A DNA stretch of 64,000 bases, taken from the NCBI GenBank assembly GCA_009926625.1, contig RFON01000011.1:4713-68712 (forward strand), given 5' to 3'. This DNA comes from Planctomycetota bacterium (lineage in GTDB: Bacteria; Planctomycetota; Phycisphaerae; Phycisphaerales; SM1A02). The notes beneath the pieces were generated by a model, which was not told the origin of the DNA, searched no databases, and saw only the letters and a list, made by a program, of their open reading frames with translations. Position numbers and translations under genes: made by a program. Positions 9,566 through 18,921 of this stretch are shown piece after piece (the first letter of the stretch is position 1; every line of letters starts with the position of its first letter).

Positions 9566-10093
9566 ATGAATCTCTCGACCCAATCCCTGCTTTCACTGCT
9601 CGCACTCGCTCCGCTCTGTGCATTGACCGCATGCCAGACACCGAACCAGCCGAATGCCGTGCCGCTCGCGAAGGTCCGTGCGCAGCTGCCGCCCGATTGG
9701 GTTTCTTTGCAGCCCGATGACTGGCGCTTGGCGTATCTCGACAGCCCGACGCGCCAGTCCCTTCGTGACATGAAGAAGGAATTGGCTGACGAGCGAGCAT
9801 CGCACACCTTTGCGTTCAACAACGGATACTCCGACGCGACCTACACGAAGATCCGTGATGTCAACGAGGCCTGCAACAAGGCCTTCTGTGCCAACGCAGT
9901 GACCATCGGCAAGGATCTGACGCCCGAATTGGCGGGAACCTCGCTCTCGGTCAATGAGGCTTACATGAACTCGACCGTGGTTGGTGATGTCAACCTGCGG
10001 CAGATGCAGGATGATTGGGCTCGGCTTTGGCTGATGAACAAGCCATCGCCGCTGAGTCCGTATCCGATCGTCAACACCGGCGGGCGTCCCTGA
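9566..10093 (+). CDS. Lipoprotein, unknown function
   Basis: In-frame ATG at 9566. Signal peptide with lipobox ALTAC. No recognisable domain. Confidence 0.6.
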   Translation: MNLSTQSLLSLLALAPLCALTACQTPNQPNAVPLAKVRAQLPPDWVSLQPDDWRLAYLDSPTRQSLRDMKKELADERASHTFAFNNGYSDATYTKIRDVNEACNKAFCANAVTIGKDLTPELAGTSLSVNEAYMNSTVVGDVNLRQMQDDWARLWLMNKPSPLSPYPIVNTGGRP

Positions 10094-11489
10094 GAGTGAT
10101 CCGATCACGTCCGCCCATGTGGGGGCGTAGCGGGGGCGGGATCAGCACGCTGCCATCCGCCTGCTGGTGGATTTCGAGCAGCGGAATCAGGATGCGCGGA
10201 CTCGCAACGACCGTGTTGTTCAGCGCAAAGGCGAACGCCGTCTTTCCTGCTTCATCCTTGTACCGCAGATTGAGGCGCCGACACTGGAAGTCTCCAAGCC
10301 TGCTCGCCGAATGCGTTTCGCCGTACGCGCCGGACGGCGTGCCATCCGCAGCGACCTCGCCGCGCCCAGGCATCCAGCTTTCGATATCGATCATGTCCTC
10401 ATTCTTCACGCCGAGGTCGCCGCTGCAGCACTGCAGCAAGCGGTAGGGGATCTCCAGCGATTGCAGCAGCAACTCCACCGACTCCATCATCGTGGCGTGC
10501 CAGCGGCGGCTCTCGGCATCGTCTGCTCGGCAGACCACGACCTGTTCCACCTTGTCGAACTGGTGAATGCGGTAGAGGCCTGCAGTGTCCTTGCCCGCAG
10601 CGCCTGCTTCGCGGCGGAAGCAGGTCGACACGGTGACATACTTGCGTGGCAGCGATTCGACGGCGAGGATCTCATCGGCATGAAGCCCCATGAGTCCCAC
10701 CTCACCCGTGCCGGTGAGGAAGAGATCGTGCGTGCTGCCGCGCGATGATTCGGCGATGTGATAGGCCTGCTCTCGGCCTGCTGGGAAGAACCCCGTGCCC
10801 ACCATGCATTCCTCTCGAACGATGACGGGGATGCCCATCGGCTCGAAGCCGCGCTTGTCCACCATGAAATCCAGCGCATGTCGCAGCACGGCCTGATGCA
10901 GCCGCATCCCAAGCCCCGTGAGCACATAGTGCCGCGTCCCAGACATCTTGACTCCACGGTCAAAGTCCACGAGACCGAGTGACTGCACGAGTTGCAGATG
11001 CGTCTTCGGCGCAAAGCCGCGGTTCTGCACAAAGGGACGCGAGGGATCGAAGCCAGCTGGATTCCAGCGACGAATCTCGACATTGTCGTCGCTGCCCTTG
11101 CCCCGCGGCACATCGGAAGCGGGCGGCTGCGGGACGCTGAGCAGCAACGCATGCCACTCGGGCTCGACATCGGCGAGCAGTCGCTCGAGTACGGCCACTT
11201 CATTCTTCAGCTGGACCGGCTTCGCCTCCAGAGCTGCCAACTGCTCGGCAATGGCCGCTCGCTCTCCATCCGCGGCCGACTTCAGTTGCCCCTTGAGCTT
11301 GCCGATCTGCGGACCCGACTCCTTGCCGAGTCGGTTCTGTTCCGCGCGCTTCTGCTCAAGATCCGACAGGACGCGCCGCCGCTGCTCGTCCAGCGCGCGC
11401 AGTCGCGGGAAGTCGACATCCATCCCCTTGTCGCGCGCACCCTGAATGAATCTCTCGGGATCGTCACGAAACGCCTTGATATCGATCAT
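10071..11489 (-). CDS. serS: Seryl-tRNA synthetase
   Basis: MIDIKAFRDDPE start, long coiled-coil arm, class II motifs FRREAGAAGKDTAGLYRIHQF and GTGEV. The tracked ORF extends 15 codons further upstream (to 11534). Confidence 0.9.
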   Translation of the reverse strand: MIDIKAFRDDPERFIQGARDKGMDVDFPRLRALDEQRRRVLSDLEQKRAEQNRLGKESGPQIGKLKGQLKSAADGERAAIAEQLAALEAKPVQLKNEVAVLERLLADVEPEWHALLLSVPQPPASDVPRGKGSDDNVEIRRWNPAGFDPSRPFVQNRGFAPKTHLQLVQSLGLVDFDRGVKMSGTRHYVLTGLGMRLHQAVLRHALDFMVDKRGFEPMGIPVIVREECMVGTGFFPAGREQAYHIAESSRGSTHDLFLTGTGEVGLMGLHADEILAVESLPRKYVTVSTCFRREAGAAGKDTAGLYRIHQFDKVEQVVVCRADDAESRRWHATMMESVELLLQSLEIPYRLLQCCSGDLGVKNEDMIDIESWMPGRGEVAADGTPSGAYGETHSASRLGDFQCRRLNLRYKDEAGKTAFAFALNNTVVASPRILIPLLEIHQQADGSVLIPPPLRPHMGGRDRITLRDARRC

Positions 11490-11623
11490 GCGCGAAAGGT
11501 ATCGCGGATCGCGCACCGCGTTGGTTGGTTGCACGAACGCAGTCGGCTCGCCACATCAAACGCGCGGTTCACGCGCTTCGCGGGGGTCGCTGCGCGGTCG
11601 CCATCGGATGCGACCCCGCACGG

Positions 11624-12487
11624 TCATGCGCCGCGATCGCGATAGTTCGGCGGCGCCGCCCAGCGCATCTTGGAAATCAACTGTCGGCCGTAGGTGACGG
11701 CAGGATTGCCGATCAGTCGGGCCATCATCTCATGGCGTGCGACGCGGATCGTGTCGCCTCGATGCAAACGCACATGGATCTGGCCATCGATCGCAAGATT
11801 CGTCCCTTCGTTGGCGCGTTCCACATGCACGATGACTTCGATGTGGCTCGGCAGGACGATGGGGCGGAACGCAAGACTGTGCGCGCAGATCGGCGTCACG
11901 ATGAGCGCCTCGACATCTGGATGCACGATGGGCCCACCGGCAGACACGTTGTACGCCGTCGATCCGATCGGGCTTGCGACGATCACGCCGTCGCCCGCGA
12001 TGTCGGGCCCCGTGTCCTGTCCCGTGTCCTGTCCGAAGTCCACGCGCAGTTCGATCATTCGAAACGGGATGCCAGCGCTCACCACGGCATCGTTCACCGC
12101 GATCCCAGAATGCACGAGGCTGCCATCGGCGCGGAGCACCTGCACATCCATCACCATTCGGTGGCGGACGAGCGGCGTCGGCCCGAAGATCTGCTCCGCA
12201 TGCGCCTCAAGCGACGCGACATCGAACTCCGCGAGGAAACCGAGGCGTCCAGAGTTCAGTCCGATCAGCGGAACGCCGTGATGGAGGATTCGCCGCACCT
12301 GCGCGATGAGGGTGCCGTCGCCGCCCACGGCAAGCACCCGATCGAAGTCGAGCGAATCCGGCACGGGCGTGTTGTCGGCCGGCAACTCCGCGACGATCTC
12401 CCCGTGTGCCCGCAGCACGGCTCGCACACGCTCGAGCAGCGCTGCTGCATCGGGTAGGTCGGGCGAAACGGTGAGCAAACTCCGCAT
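11624..12487 (-). CDS. nadK: NAD+ kinase
   Basis: GGDGTL motif, NxGRLGFL, 287 aa. The start overlaps the stop of the upstream ABC ATPase (TGATG). Confidence 0.88.
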   Translation of the reverse strand: MRSLLTVSPDLPDAAALLERVRAVLRAHGEIVAELPADNTPVPDSLDFDRVLAVGGDGTLIAQVRRILHHGVPLIGLNSGRLGFLAEFDVASLEAHAEQIFGPTPLVRHRMVMDVQVLRADGSLVHSGIAVNDAVVSAGIPFRMIELRVDFGQDTGQDTGPDIAGDGVIVASPIGSTAYNVSAGGPIVHPDVEALIVTPICAHSLAFRPIVLPSHIEVIVHVERANEGTNLAIDGQIHVRLHRGDTIRVARHEMMARLIGNPAVTYGRQLISKMRWAAPPNYRDRGA

Positions 12488-13434
12488 CAGGACACGATCC
12501 CCTTCGTCAAGCGCATGAACGCGGTCTCGAGGGTGACTGGTTCGTGCGAAAAGCGCGCCACACGAAAACCCTGGGTGATCAGGCGGCTGGGAATGTCGCT
12601 GACGACGAGCCCCGAGCGCGGATCAATCGATAGATCGATGCGGGTGACCCGGTCCTCGCGTTCAAGCGAGACCTTCAGGATTCCCTTGACTTGGCGAAGA
12701 AGCGCAGCTGCATCTTCGGTGCGCTCGTCAACCACCACATGCACGGTGCCACCCGAGCCCGCCTTGGCGAGCATCTCAGAGATCTTTCCCGCATAGACCA
12801 ACTTTCCCTGCTCGATGATGCCGACCGCCGTGCAAAGCTCCGCGAGTTCCGAGAGGATGTGCGACGAGATCAGGATGGTCTTGCCCATGCGGCGCAGTTC
12901 CTTCAGCAGTTCCCGCATCTCGATTCGTGCGCGAGGATCGAGTCCGCTCGATGGTTCGTCCATCAGGAGAACCTTCGGATCATGCAGCAGCACGCGAGCG
13001 ACAGACAGGCGCTGCTGCATGCCGCGCGACAGGCCGTTCACATCTGCCGCGCGCTTGGAAGTGAGATCGGTCAGCTCGAGGACCTCGCCGATCACCCGTT
13101 GCCGTCGCTCACCGTGGATGCCGTAGCACGCAGCGAAGAACTCGAGGTACTCGCTGACCAACATGTCCTCGTATGCGCCGAGGAAATCCGGGACATAGCC
13201 GATCACGGGTCGAATCAGGTGATTCTGGTAGCCGATCACATGTCCATCGACTCGAGCCTCGCCCCATGTGGGCTTCAACAATGTCGCAAGGATCTTGATC
13301 GTTGTCGTCTTGCCTGCGCCATTGGGACCGATGAAACCGAAGCAGGTGCCCTCGTCGATGGTGAGGTTGAGGTTGTCCAGCGCGATCAGTTCGCCGTACT
13401 TCTTCGTGAGGTTGACCGTCTCGATCATCGGCAC
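12487..13434 (-). CDS. ABC transporter ATP-binding protein (ABC-2/GldA-like)
   Basis: Walker A GPNGAGKTT, signature LSRGMQQRL, Walker B LLMDEPSSGLD, and an extra C-terminal domain. No permease gene is adjacent. Confidence 0.88.
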   Translation of the reverse strand: MPMIETVNLTKKYGELIALDNLNLTIDEGTCFGFIGPNGAGKTTTIKILATLLKPTWGEARVDGHVIGYQNHLIRPVIGYVPDFLGAYEDMLVSEYLEFFAACYGIHGERRQRVIGEVLELTDLTSKRAADVNGLSRGMQQRLSVARVLLHDPKVLLMDEPSSGLDPRARIEMRELLKELRRMGKTILISSHILSELAELCTAVGIIEQGKLVYAGKISEMLAKAGSGGTVHVVVDERTEDAAALLRQVKGILKVSLEREDRVTRIDLSIDPRSGLVVSDIPSRLITQGFRVARFSHEPVTLETAFMRLTKGIVS

Positions 13435-13443
13435 GGCATCACT

Positions 13444-15978
13444 CTAGCGGCTTGGTGGAACCGCGAAACGGGTATCGACAGGAAGCGGAAAGACGACGCG
13501 CACGAATGTCAGTCCCGTCGAGGGAAGTTCGCGCCCATCGAAGCGGAGTGGCACTGGGCACCTCGCACCGCCGCTCTCTGGGTCGGATGGGTCTAGGAAA
13601 CCCGTCACGATCAGGCACGGCGTCGAGAACCAATGCGACAGGTCAATGTCCCGCGCCAGGATGCGTTCAAACCGAACGGGGTTCGTCGTCGGTGGGGTGG
13701 TGTACCCCGGCGGTGGGAGTACCGAATACATGCCGAGCATCTCGAGGAAGGTGCGGCGCTGCTCAGGTGACACGAGCAGTCCACGCTGCTCCAGTTGGAA
13801 CCCACGATCACTCGCCCATGGCTGTTGGTACCGCACCCGCAGCGCACGCGCAAAGTCGCCGTCGCGCTCATCCACGGCAACCGCGCCGACGGGATACAGC
13901 TGCTGTGCCACCTCGATCGGTGTGTTCGGATCCCACTTCGGCAGCATCACATAGCGCCCGAACCAAGGCAACTCGCCGCTGGGTTCGATCAACAGGGGAT
14001 TGCTCGGCGAAACAGCGGGCAGGGGTTGGCGGACCGGCGTGATGTGCACCAAGCCAACTTGCGTGAGGGGGAAGGGGAGCGAGTGCGAGATGAGGCCCGT
14101 CAGCGACACCTTCGGCGTTGGGCCTGCCAGCACGGACTGCACAAGTGGTCGCGCAGGATCGGCTGCGCGAGGAAGCTCACCCCACTCCTTCGCGACCGAT
14201 CCGAGCCACTGCACTTCGAAGCTCGCGCTCGTTCCGCGCGCAGCAACATCGACTTGCATGGGTGAGTCGATGGGCTGCGGGATTCGCGCTGGATTGGGGA
14301 ACGCACTCGGCAATTCGCTCGGCGACTCCCATCCTTCGATGCGCGCAGTGCGGGTGGCATCGCGGTTGATCTCGACCGTGGTTCGCCCGTAGCCCTTGAT
14401 GAGCGCGCTCACCCACGCGGTCGCGCGCACGAGCGGAAGATCATTGGACTGCTGCCGATCAGGTGGAACGCGAATCGCCGTCAGCACGGTCACATGCTGC
14501 GCGCTGCCGCGCCTGCTTTCTTGCAGCGTTCCCCAGGCAAGCGTTCCCCCGCCGAATGCAGCCGCGGCGATGACGAACAGCAACCACGCGTGTCGCTCGC
14601 GGTGGAAGAGCCGCAGTGTGTAGTACCCGCCCGGCCCCGCAACGAGCCAGTACGACGCGAAGAGCAAGAACGCCGCCAACAATCCGACGGTCACCTCGCT
14701 GGCGAGGCTGATGGCGCCGGAAACCAGATTGCCGCGCGCGAACTCCACTACCGTGGGCTGCTTCTCGGTGAGGAGTTTCTGCTCCTCCAAGCTGCGAATG
14801 GTCTCAGCCGTCGGGCTGTCGCCGCGGATGCCGAGAATCGGATTCCAGAAGACATCCGCTTCGGGAAGTCCGCCCGCGAGGAGTGCGCGACGGTGCAGCG
14901 CGTTGACATCGAGTCCAAGCACGGTGATGCGCCCCGCGCCAAACGGACGGGAGATGCCGATCACCTTGCCGTCGATCGATCCCTTGCGCGGTGCAGCGAA
15001 TCCCGTCGAGGCAACCTTCGGTGCTGGCAGCATCACGATCGGTTCCCATACGGAAGCGGTCGTCGGTGCTTGGAAGAACGCCACCGGCATTCCAGCCCTG
15101 TCGTTGCTGATGCGCGTTGCCTTGCTGATGGCTGGCAGCAGTTCGGACACTCGCGTGTCCTCGGTCCGATTGACGCTCCAATCGGGCATCAGATCGCTGA
15201 GCGCATGCCGAGCTGATTGCGCGGCAACCCCCCACGGGTCGCTGCGCTCCGGCAGCACGATCACGAAGACTCCACCGAGGGAAATCCAATCGCGAAGCGC
15301 ACGCGCTGCATCGGGACTCAAGGACTGTGGCGAGCCCTCGGACCAGACGATCGCCGAGAACGACGAGAGCCCCTGCCAGCGGTCCGGAATCGCCTGCGGT
15401 GAAATGCCGCGCGCGATCTGCGTGCGCTCATTGCGCGATGGCATCTCCATCATGCCAAGCGGCGGAGCGCCGAGCGCGTCGAGTCCCATGCGGCCGTTGC
15501 CGATGATGCCGATCAGCCCACTCTCACGGCCGATGAAACGCGTGGGCTCGCCCGCAGCATTCGGTGCGATTCGTGCGCTTCCCAGTTCCGCGCCGCGCCG
15601 GCCGTCACGGTGCTCCCATGCTCGCACCGACGAGATCGCCTCCATCGCGGCACTCTCATCGGACGCGTTGGGAACGCGTCCATAAAGCCAGACGCGCTGC
15701 GGCTGCCCTGGATCGCACACCACCACGCGCGAATGCTGCGCCACGTCACCGTTGTTGTTCGGCAGTTCCCAGGCGACTTCCACCGACACCGGTTCTGGCG
15801 TGGCTGTCTGGAGCGACAACAGGATGGGAACGACATCGCCGCCGCGGAAGCAGCCGCCGGCCCCGAACTGCTCGAGCGTGATCGAGACCTGTGCGTTCGC
15901 CGTGGCAGTCACGGCAGCCAGTGCAGCCGCGGCGAGCACGATCATCGGATTCGGCGTTCGAAGCATCGCCGCGCTCAC
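13444..15978 (-). CDS. Large secreted/membrane protein of unknown function (844 aa)
   Basis: Signal peptide (IVLAAAALAAVTATANAQ). Central hydrophobic helices (VGLLAAFLLFASYWLV, WLLFVIAAAAFGGGTLAW). No catalytic motif seen. Spaced 3 nt and 9 nt from the flanking genes. Confidence 0.6.
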   Translation of the reverse strand: MSAAMLRTPNPMIVLAAAALAAVTATANAQVSITLEQFGAGGCFRGGDVVPILLSLQTATPEPVSVEVAWELPNNNGDVAQHSRVVVCDPGQPQRVWLYGRVPNASDESAAMEAISSVRAWEHRDGRRGAELGSARIAPNAAGEPTRFIGRESGLIGIIGNGRMGLDALGAPPLGMMEMPSRNERTQIARGISPQAIPDRWQGLSSFSAIVWSEGSPQSLSPDAARALRDWISLGGVFVIVLPERSDPWGVAAQSARHALSDLMPDWSVNRTEDTRVSELLPAISKATRISNDRAGMPVAFFQAPTTASVWEPIVMLPAPKVASTGFAAPRKGSIDGKVIGISRPFGAGRITVLGLDVNALHRRALLAGGLPEADVFWNPILGIRGDSPTAETIRSLEEQKLLTEKQPTVVEFARGNLVSGAISLASEVTVGLLAAFLLFASYWLVAGPGGYYTLRLFHRERHAWLLFVIAAAAFGGGTLAWGTLQESRRGSAQHVTVLTAIRVPPDRQQSNDLPLVRATAWVSALIKGYGRTTVEINRDATRTARIEGWESPSELPSAFPNPARIPQPIDSPMQVDVAARGTSASFEVQWLGSVAKEWGELPRAADPARPLVQSVLAGPTPKVSLTGLISHSLPFPLTQVGLVHITPVRQPLPAVSPSNPLLIEPSGELPWFGRYVMLPKWDPNTPIEVAQQLYPVGAVAVDERDGDFARALRVRYQQPWASDRGFQLEQRGLLVSPEQRRTFLEMLGMYSVLPPPGYTTPPTTNPVRFERILARDIDLSHWFSTPCLIVTGFLDPSDPESGGARCPVPLRFDGRELPSTGLTFVRVVFPLPVDTRFAVPPSR

Positions 15979-15980
15979 CC

Positions 15981-17384
15981 TCAGCGGCGCATGCGTCCCA
16001 CTTCACCGAGCAGGGCAGCATGGCTTCGGATCGCGCCAACAAAGCACGCCACTTCAAACTTCTCGTTGGGGGAGTGGACGCAGTCGTCATCGAGCCCGAA
16101 TCCCATGAGCAGCGACGGAACGCCGACGATCCGCTGCAGTGCGCCGACCGCTGGAATGCTGCCGCCGGAACCGATCAACAGCGGCGGCTTTCCATACACC
16201 CGCTGCAGCGCGCGTTCCGCTGCGGCGAGGACTGGAGATGAGTCAGGCACCACGAAGGCCGGCGAAAGCCCGTGCTCGGTGAATGTGGCGGTACAGCCCT
16301 CGGGCAAACGCGACTCGAAGAAGTCCCGAACGGACGCGCTGATGCGGTGCGGGTCTTGCGAGCCCACCAGTCGAAACGACAACTTCGCCGTTGCGTGCGA
16401 GGCGATGACCGTCTTTGCTCCCTTGCCGGTGTAGCCACCGAAGATCCCGTTGACATCGCATGTGGGGCGACTCCATGTGCGTTCGAGCAGCGTCCGTCCG
16501 CGTTCACCGAATCCCTTCGACAGTCCGATGCTGCCGAGGAACTCTCGTTCATCGAACCCCATGGACTGCCATTGCTCGAGCACTCGCGCAGGCGTTTCGT
16601 CCACGCCGTCATAGAAGCCAGGAACGGTGATGCGGCGATCGGAGTCGTGCAGTTGGCTGATGATGGATGCGAGCACCTGCACGGGATTGGGCACCGCGCC
16701 GCCGTACATCCCAGAGTGCAAGTCCTTGTTCGGTCCATGCACGGTCACCTCCAGATACACGAGTCCTCGCAAGCTCGTCGTGATCGCTGGAGTCGCCACA
16801 TCCCACATGCCCGTATCAGAAACCACGCACGCATCCGCGCGAAGCTCATCGCGGTTCGCCTCGAGGAACGGCTCGAGACTCTCGCTGCCAGACTCTTCTT
16901 CGCCCTCGAGCAGCACCGTCACGGGGCAGGGCAGCGTGCCGTGCACCTTGCTCCAACCGCGGAACGCCTCGATGAAGGACATGACCTGTCCCTTGTCGTC
17001 AACCGCACCTCGCGCAACGATGCGCGGTCCCCGCGGACCCTCGACAAGAACAGGATCGAACGGCCCGCTGTTCCAGAGTTCAATCGGGTCTGGCGGTTGC
17101 ACGTCGTAATGCCCGTAATAGAGAAGGGTGGGTCCGTCGTAGCCTGGCGGTCCCTCGTGCCGCGCAACGACCATGGGATGGCCTCGTGTCGCGCGCACGG
17201 CGGCGTTCAGTCCAGCTGCACGAAGTTGATGGCAAGCCCACTCGGCGGCGCGCGCCACTTCGGCCTTCATCGCAGGGTCTGCGCTGACGCTCGGAATGCG
17301 GAGGAACTCGCGGAGGCGGTCGATCGCGGCGGGGCGCTCCGCATCAACCCACTCGAGCACGGCATGGATGTCATCCTTCGGCAC
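15981..17384 (-). CDS. M20-family metallopeptidase/dipeptidase
   Basis: 467 aa. GHYDVQP, AVDDKG, LLEGEEESGS, typical of the M20 (ArgE/DapE/CPG2) family. Confidence 0.82.
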   Translation of the reverse strand: MPKDDIHAVLEWVDAERPAAIDRLREFLRIPSVSADPAMKAEVARAAEWACHQLRAAGLNAAVRATRGHPMVVARHEGPPGYDGPTLLYYGHYDVQPPDPIELWNSGPFDPVLVEGPRGPRIVARGAVDDKGQVMSFIEAFRGWSKVHGTLPCPVTVLLEGEEESGSESLEPFLEANRDELRADACVVSDTGMWDVATPAITTSLRGLVYLEVTVHGPNKDLHSGMYGGAVPNPVQVLASIISQLHDSDRRITVPGFYDGVDETPARVLEQWQSMGFDEREFLGSIGLSKGFGERGRTLLERTWSRPTCDVNGIFGGYTGKGAKTVIASHATAKLSFRLVGSQDPHRISASVRDFFESRLPEGCTATFTEHGLSPAFVVPDSSPVLAAAERALQRVYGKPPLLIGSGGSIPAVGALQRIVGVPSLLMGFGLDDDCVHSPNEKFEVACFVGAIRSHAALLGEVGRMRR

Positions 17385-17445
17385 TTCGGGCTCGATGCTA
17401 GGCGGTCAGGTGGGTGTTGTGCAGGATTGTGCAGTTCATGGGAAG

Positions 17446-18921
17446 ATGCATCGGATGGATGGAATGCGTTCGTCGGAAGACGCGCTGCGCGCGCGCCGCA
17501 CACTCGGAAGGGTGCGCGAAGTGGACTGGCTTGCGATCGTGCCATCACTGCGAATCCTGGGAGCGGTGCCCGCGGGACTTCGTCCCGTTCGCCTTGTGCT
17601 CGCCTTCGTGCTCCTGCTGACGGTGGTCGCAGCGGGGCGAGTGTGGGACGGCTTCGCGCAGCCCACCGCACCACCCGAGGGATTGCTCGCGGGACCGATG
17701 CGGGAAGCAGCTCTCGTGAGCGATCTTGAAGCGGTGCGCAGCGTGATCGTGCCCGAACTTCCTGCGGCGATGCGCGCTGCTGCCGCAACGGCAACCCTTG
17801 AGGAACTTGCGGAGATGCTGGTCGATGCGCAAGGCGCGCTCGGCGCTGATGCAGGCGGGGCGGCACGCTTCGCTTCGCAGATGAGCATGATCGCTGCGGC
17901 GCGCCCGCGACTTCCATTCGAAGCGCTGCACGAGGCAGTGAGGGGCGAGACATACCGAACTGCGGCGGCGGTGCTGCAGTTCAAAGTCGGCGACGCGGTG
18001 CGGGGATTGCGTGCGCTCGCGGTCGATATTCCTGCGGCATCGTGGAGCGCTGCGCCTGCGTTCAGTTCCTTTTTCGTGCTGGTGTGCGTCGTTGTGTTCG
18101 GATGGGGCGGGGGTTTGCTGTGCAGGTTGTCCGCTGGCGACCTCGCGAGTCATGCATGGACGCTGACGGATGCTGGCTCGTTCATTCGTCCTCGCGTTAC
18201 CTCGCTGATCTTTGCGCCGATCTTTGCAGCGGTGCTTGTGGGGACCCTGCTGCTGCCATCGCTGTTGTTCGGTTGGCTGGCGAGCGTGCCCCTCGTCAAC
18301 ATCGTCGCCGCTGCCCTGATGCCGCTGGCGCTCCTATGTGCGATGCTCGCCGCAGTGGTGGCGGCTGCCGCACTCATCGGTGCGGTGCTCCTCGCACCAG
18401 CGGTCGCATGCGATGGTTGCGATGCAGTCGAAAGCATTCAGCGAGCGGGCGCCTACATACTTGCGCGTCCGCTGCACTTGTTGTGGTCGGCAGTGCTTTC
18501 AGCGGTGGCGATGTCGCTTGGGCTCCTCGCGGTGGACTTCGTCGTTGCGTTCAGCTGGGGCGCATCGATGGCATCGATGCAGGCAGGCGGTGCAGCGGAA
18601 CTCGCGCGCGGCGCCGGCGCGATGCGGTTCCTTGAACCCTTGACCGAGGGGCCGTCCGTGAGTCATGGATTCACCGATGGCATTGCGGCGGCGCTCATCG
18701 ACATCTGGCGAACCGTGCTCGGCGTTGCGATTGGCGCCACGGTGCTCTCCGTTGGCTTTGCCTGCGCGACTCGAACCTATGCGCTGCTGCGCGCGAGCGC
18801 CGATGGGCAGGAGTGGTCGGACATGTGGATCGACGGGGAACCCACAGGAGCACCGACGGCAGCACCCACAGGGTCTCGCGGTGGCGCTGAAGAGATCAGC
18901 GCGAACCCAACCCGCCCTTGA
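17446..18921 (+). CDS. Polytopic membrane protein, unknown function
   Basis: In-frame ATG at 17446. At least 6 hydrophobic helices (LVLAFVLLLTVVAAG, FFVLVCVVVFGWGGGLL, LIFAPIFAAVLVGTLLL, ...). The start is uncertain. Confidence 0.5.
   Translation: MHRMDGMRSSEDALRARRTLGRVREVDWLAIVPSLRILGAVPAGLRPVRLVLAFVLLLTVVAAGRVWDGFAQPTAPPEGLLAGPMREAALVSDLEAVRSVIVPELPAAMRAAAATATLEELAEMLVDAQGALGADAGGAARFASQMSMIAAARPRLPFEALHEAVRGETYRTAAAVLQFKVGDAVRGLRALAVDIPAASWSAAPAFSSFFVLVCVVVFGWGGGLLCRLSAGDLASHAWTLTDAGSFIRPRVTSLIFAPIFAAVLVGTLLLPSLLFGWLASVPLVNIVAAALMPLALLCAMLAAVVAAAALIGAVLLAPAVACDGCDAVESIQRAGAYILARPLHLLWSAVLSAVAMSLGLLAVDFVVAFSWGASMASMQAGGAAELARGAGAMRFLEPLTEGPSVSHGFTDGIAAALIDIWRTVLGVAIGATVLSVGFACATRTYALLRASADGQEWSDMWIDGEPTGAPTAAPTGSRGGAEEISANPTRP

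Noticed and set aside
11490-11534. Upstream extensions of serS (to 11534), rpsA (to 20362) and pyrG (N-terminal about 35 aa)
   Set aside because: The extensions lack homology-like sequence and probably reflect the first in-frame ATG of open GC-rich frames. Internal starts fit the family N-termini better. pyrG is left at the tracked start because I saw no clear alternative ATG.
16272-17729. 485-aa plus-strand ORF
   Set aside because: Antisense to the M20 peptidase. Arg-rich junk composition and no motifs.
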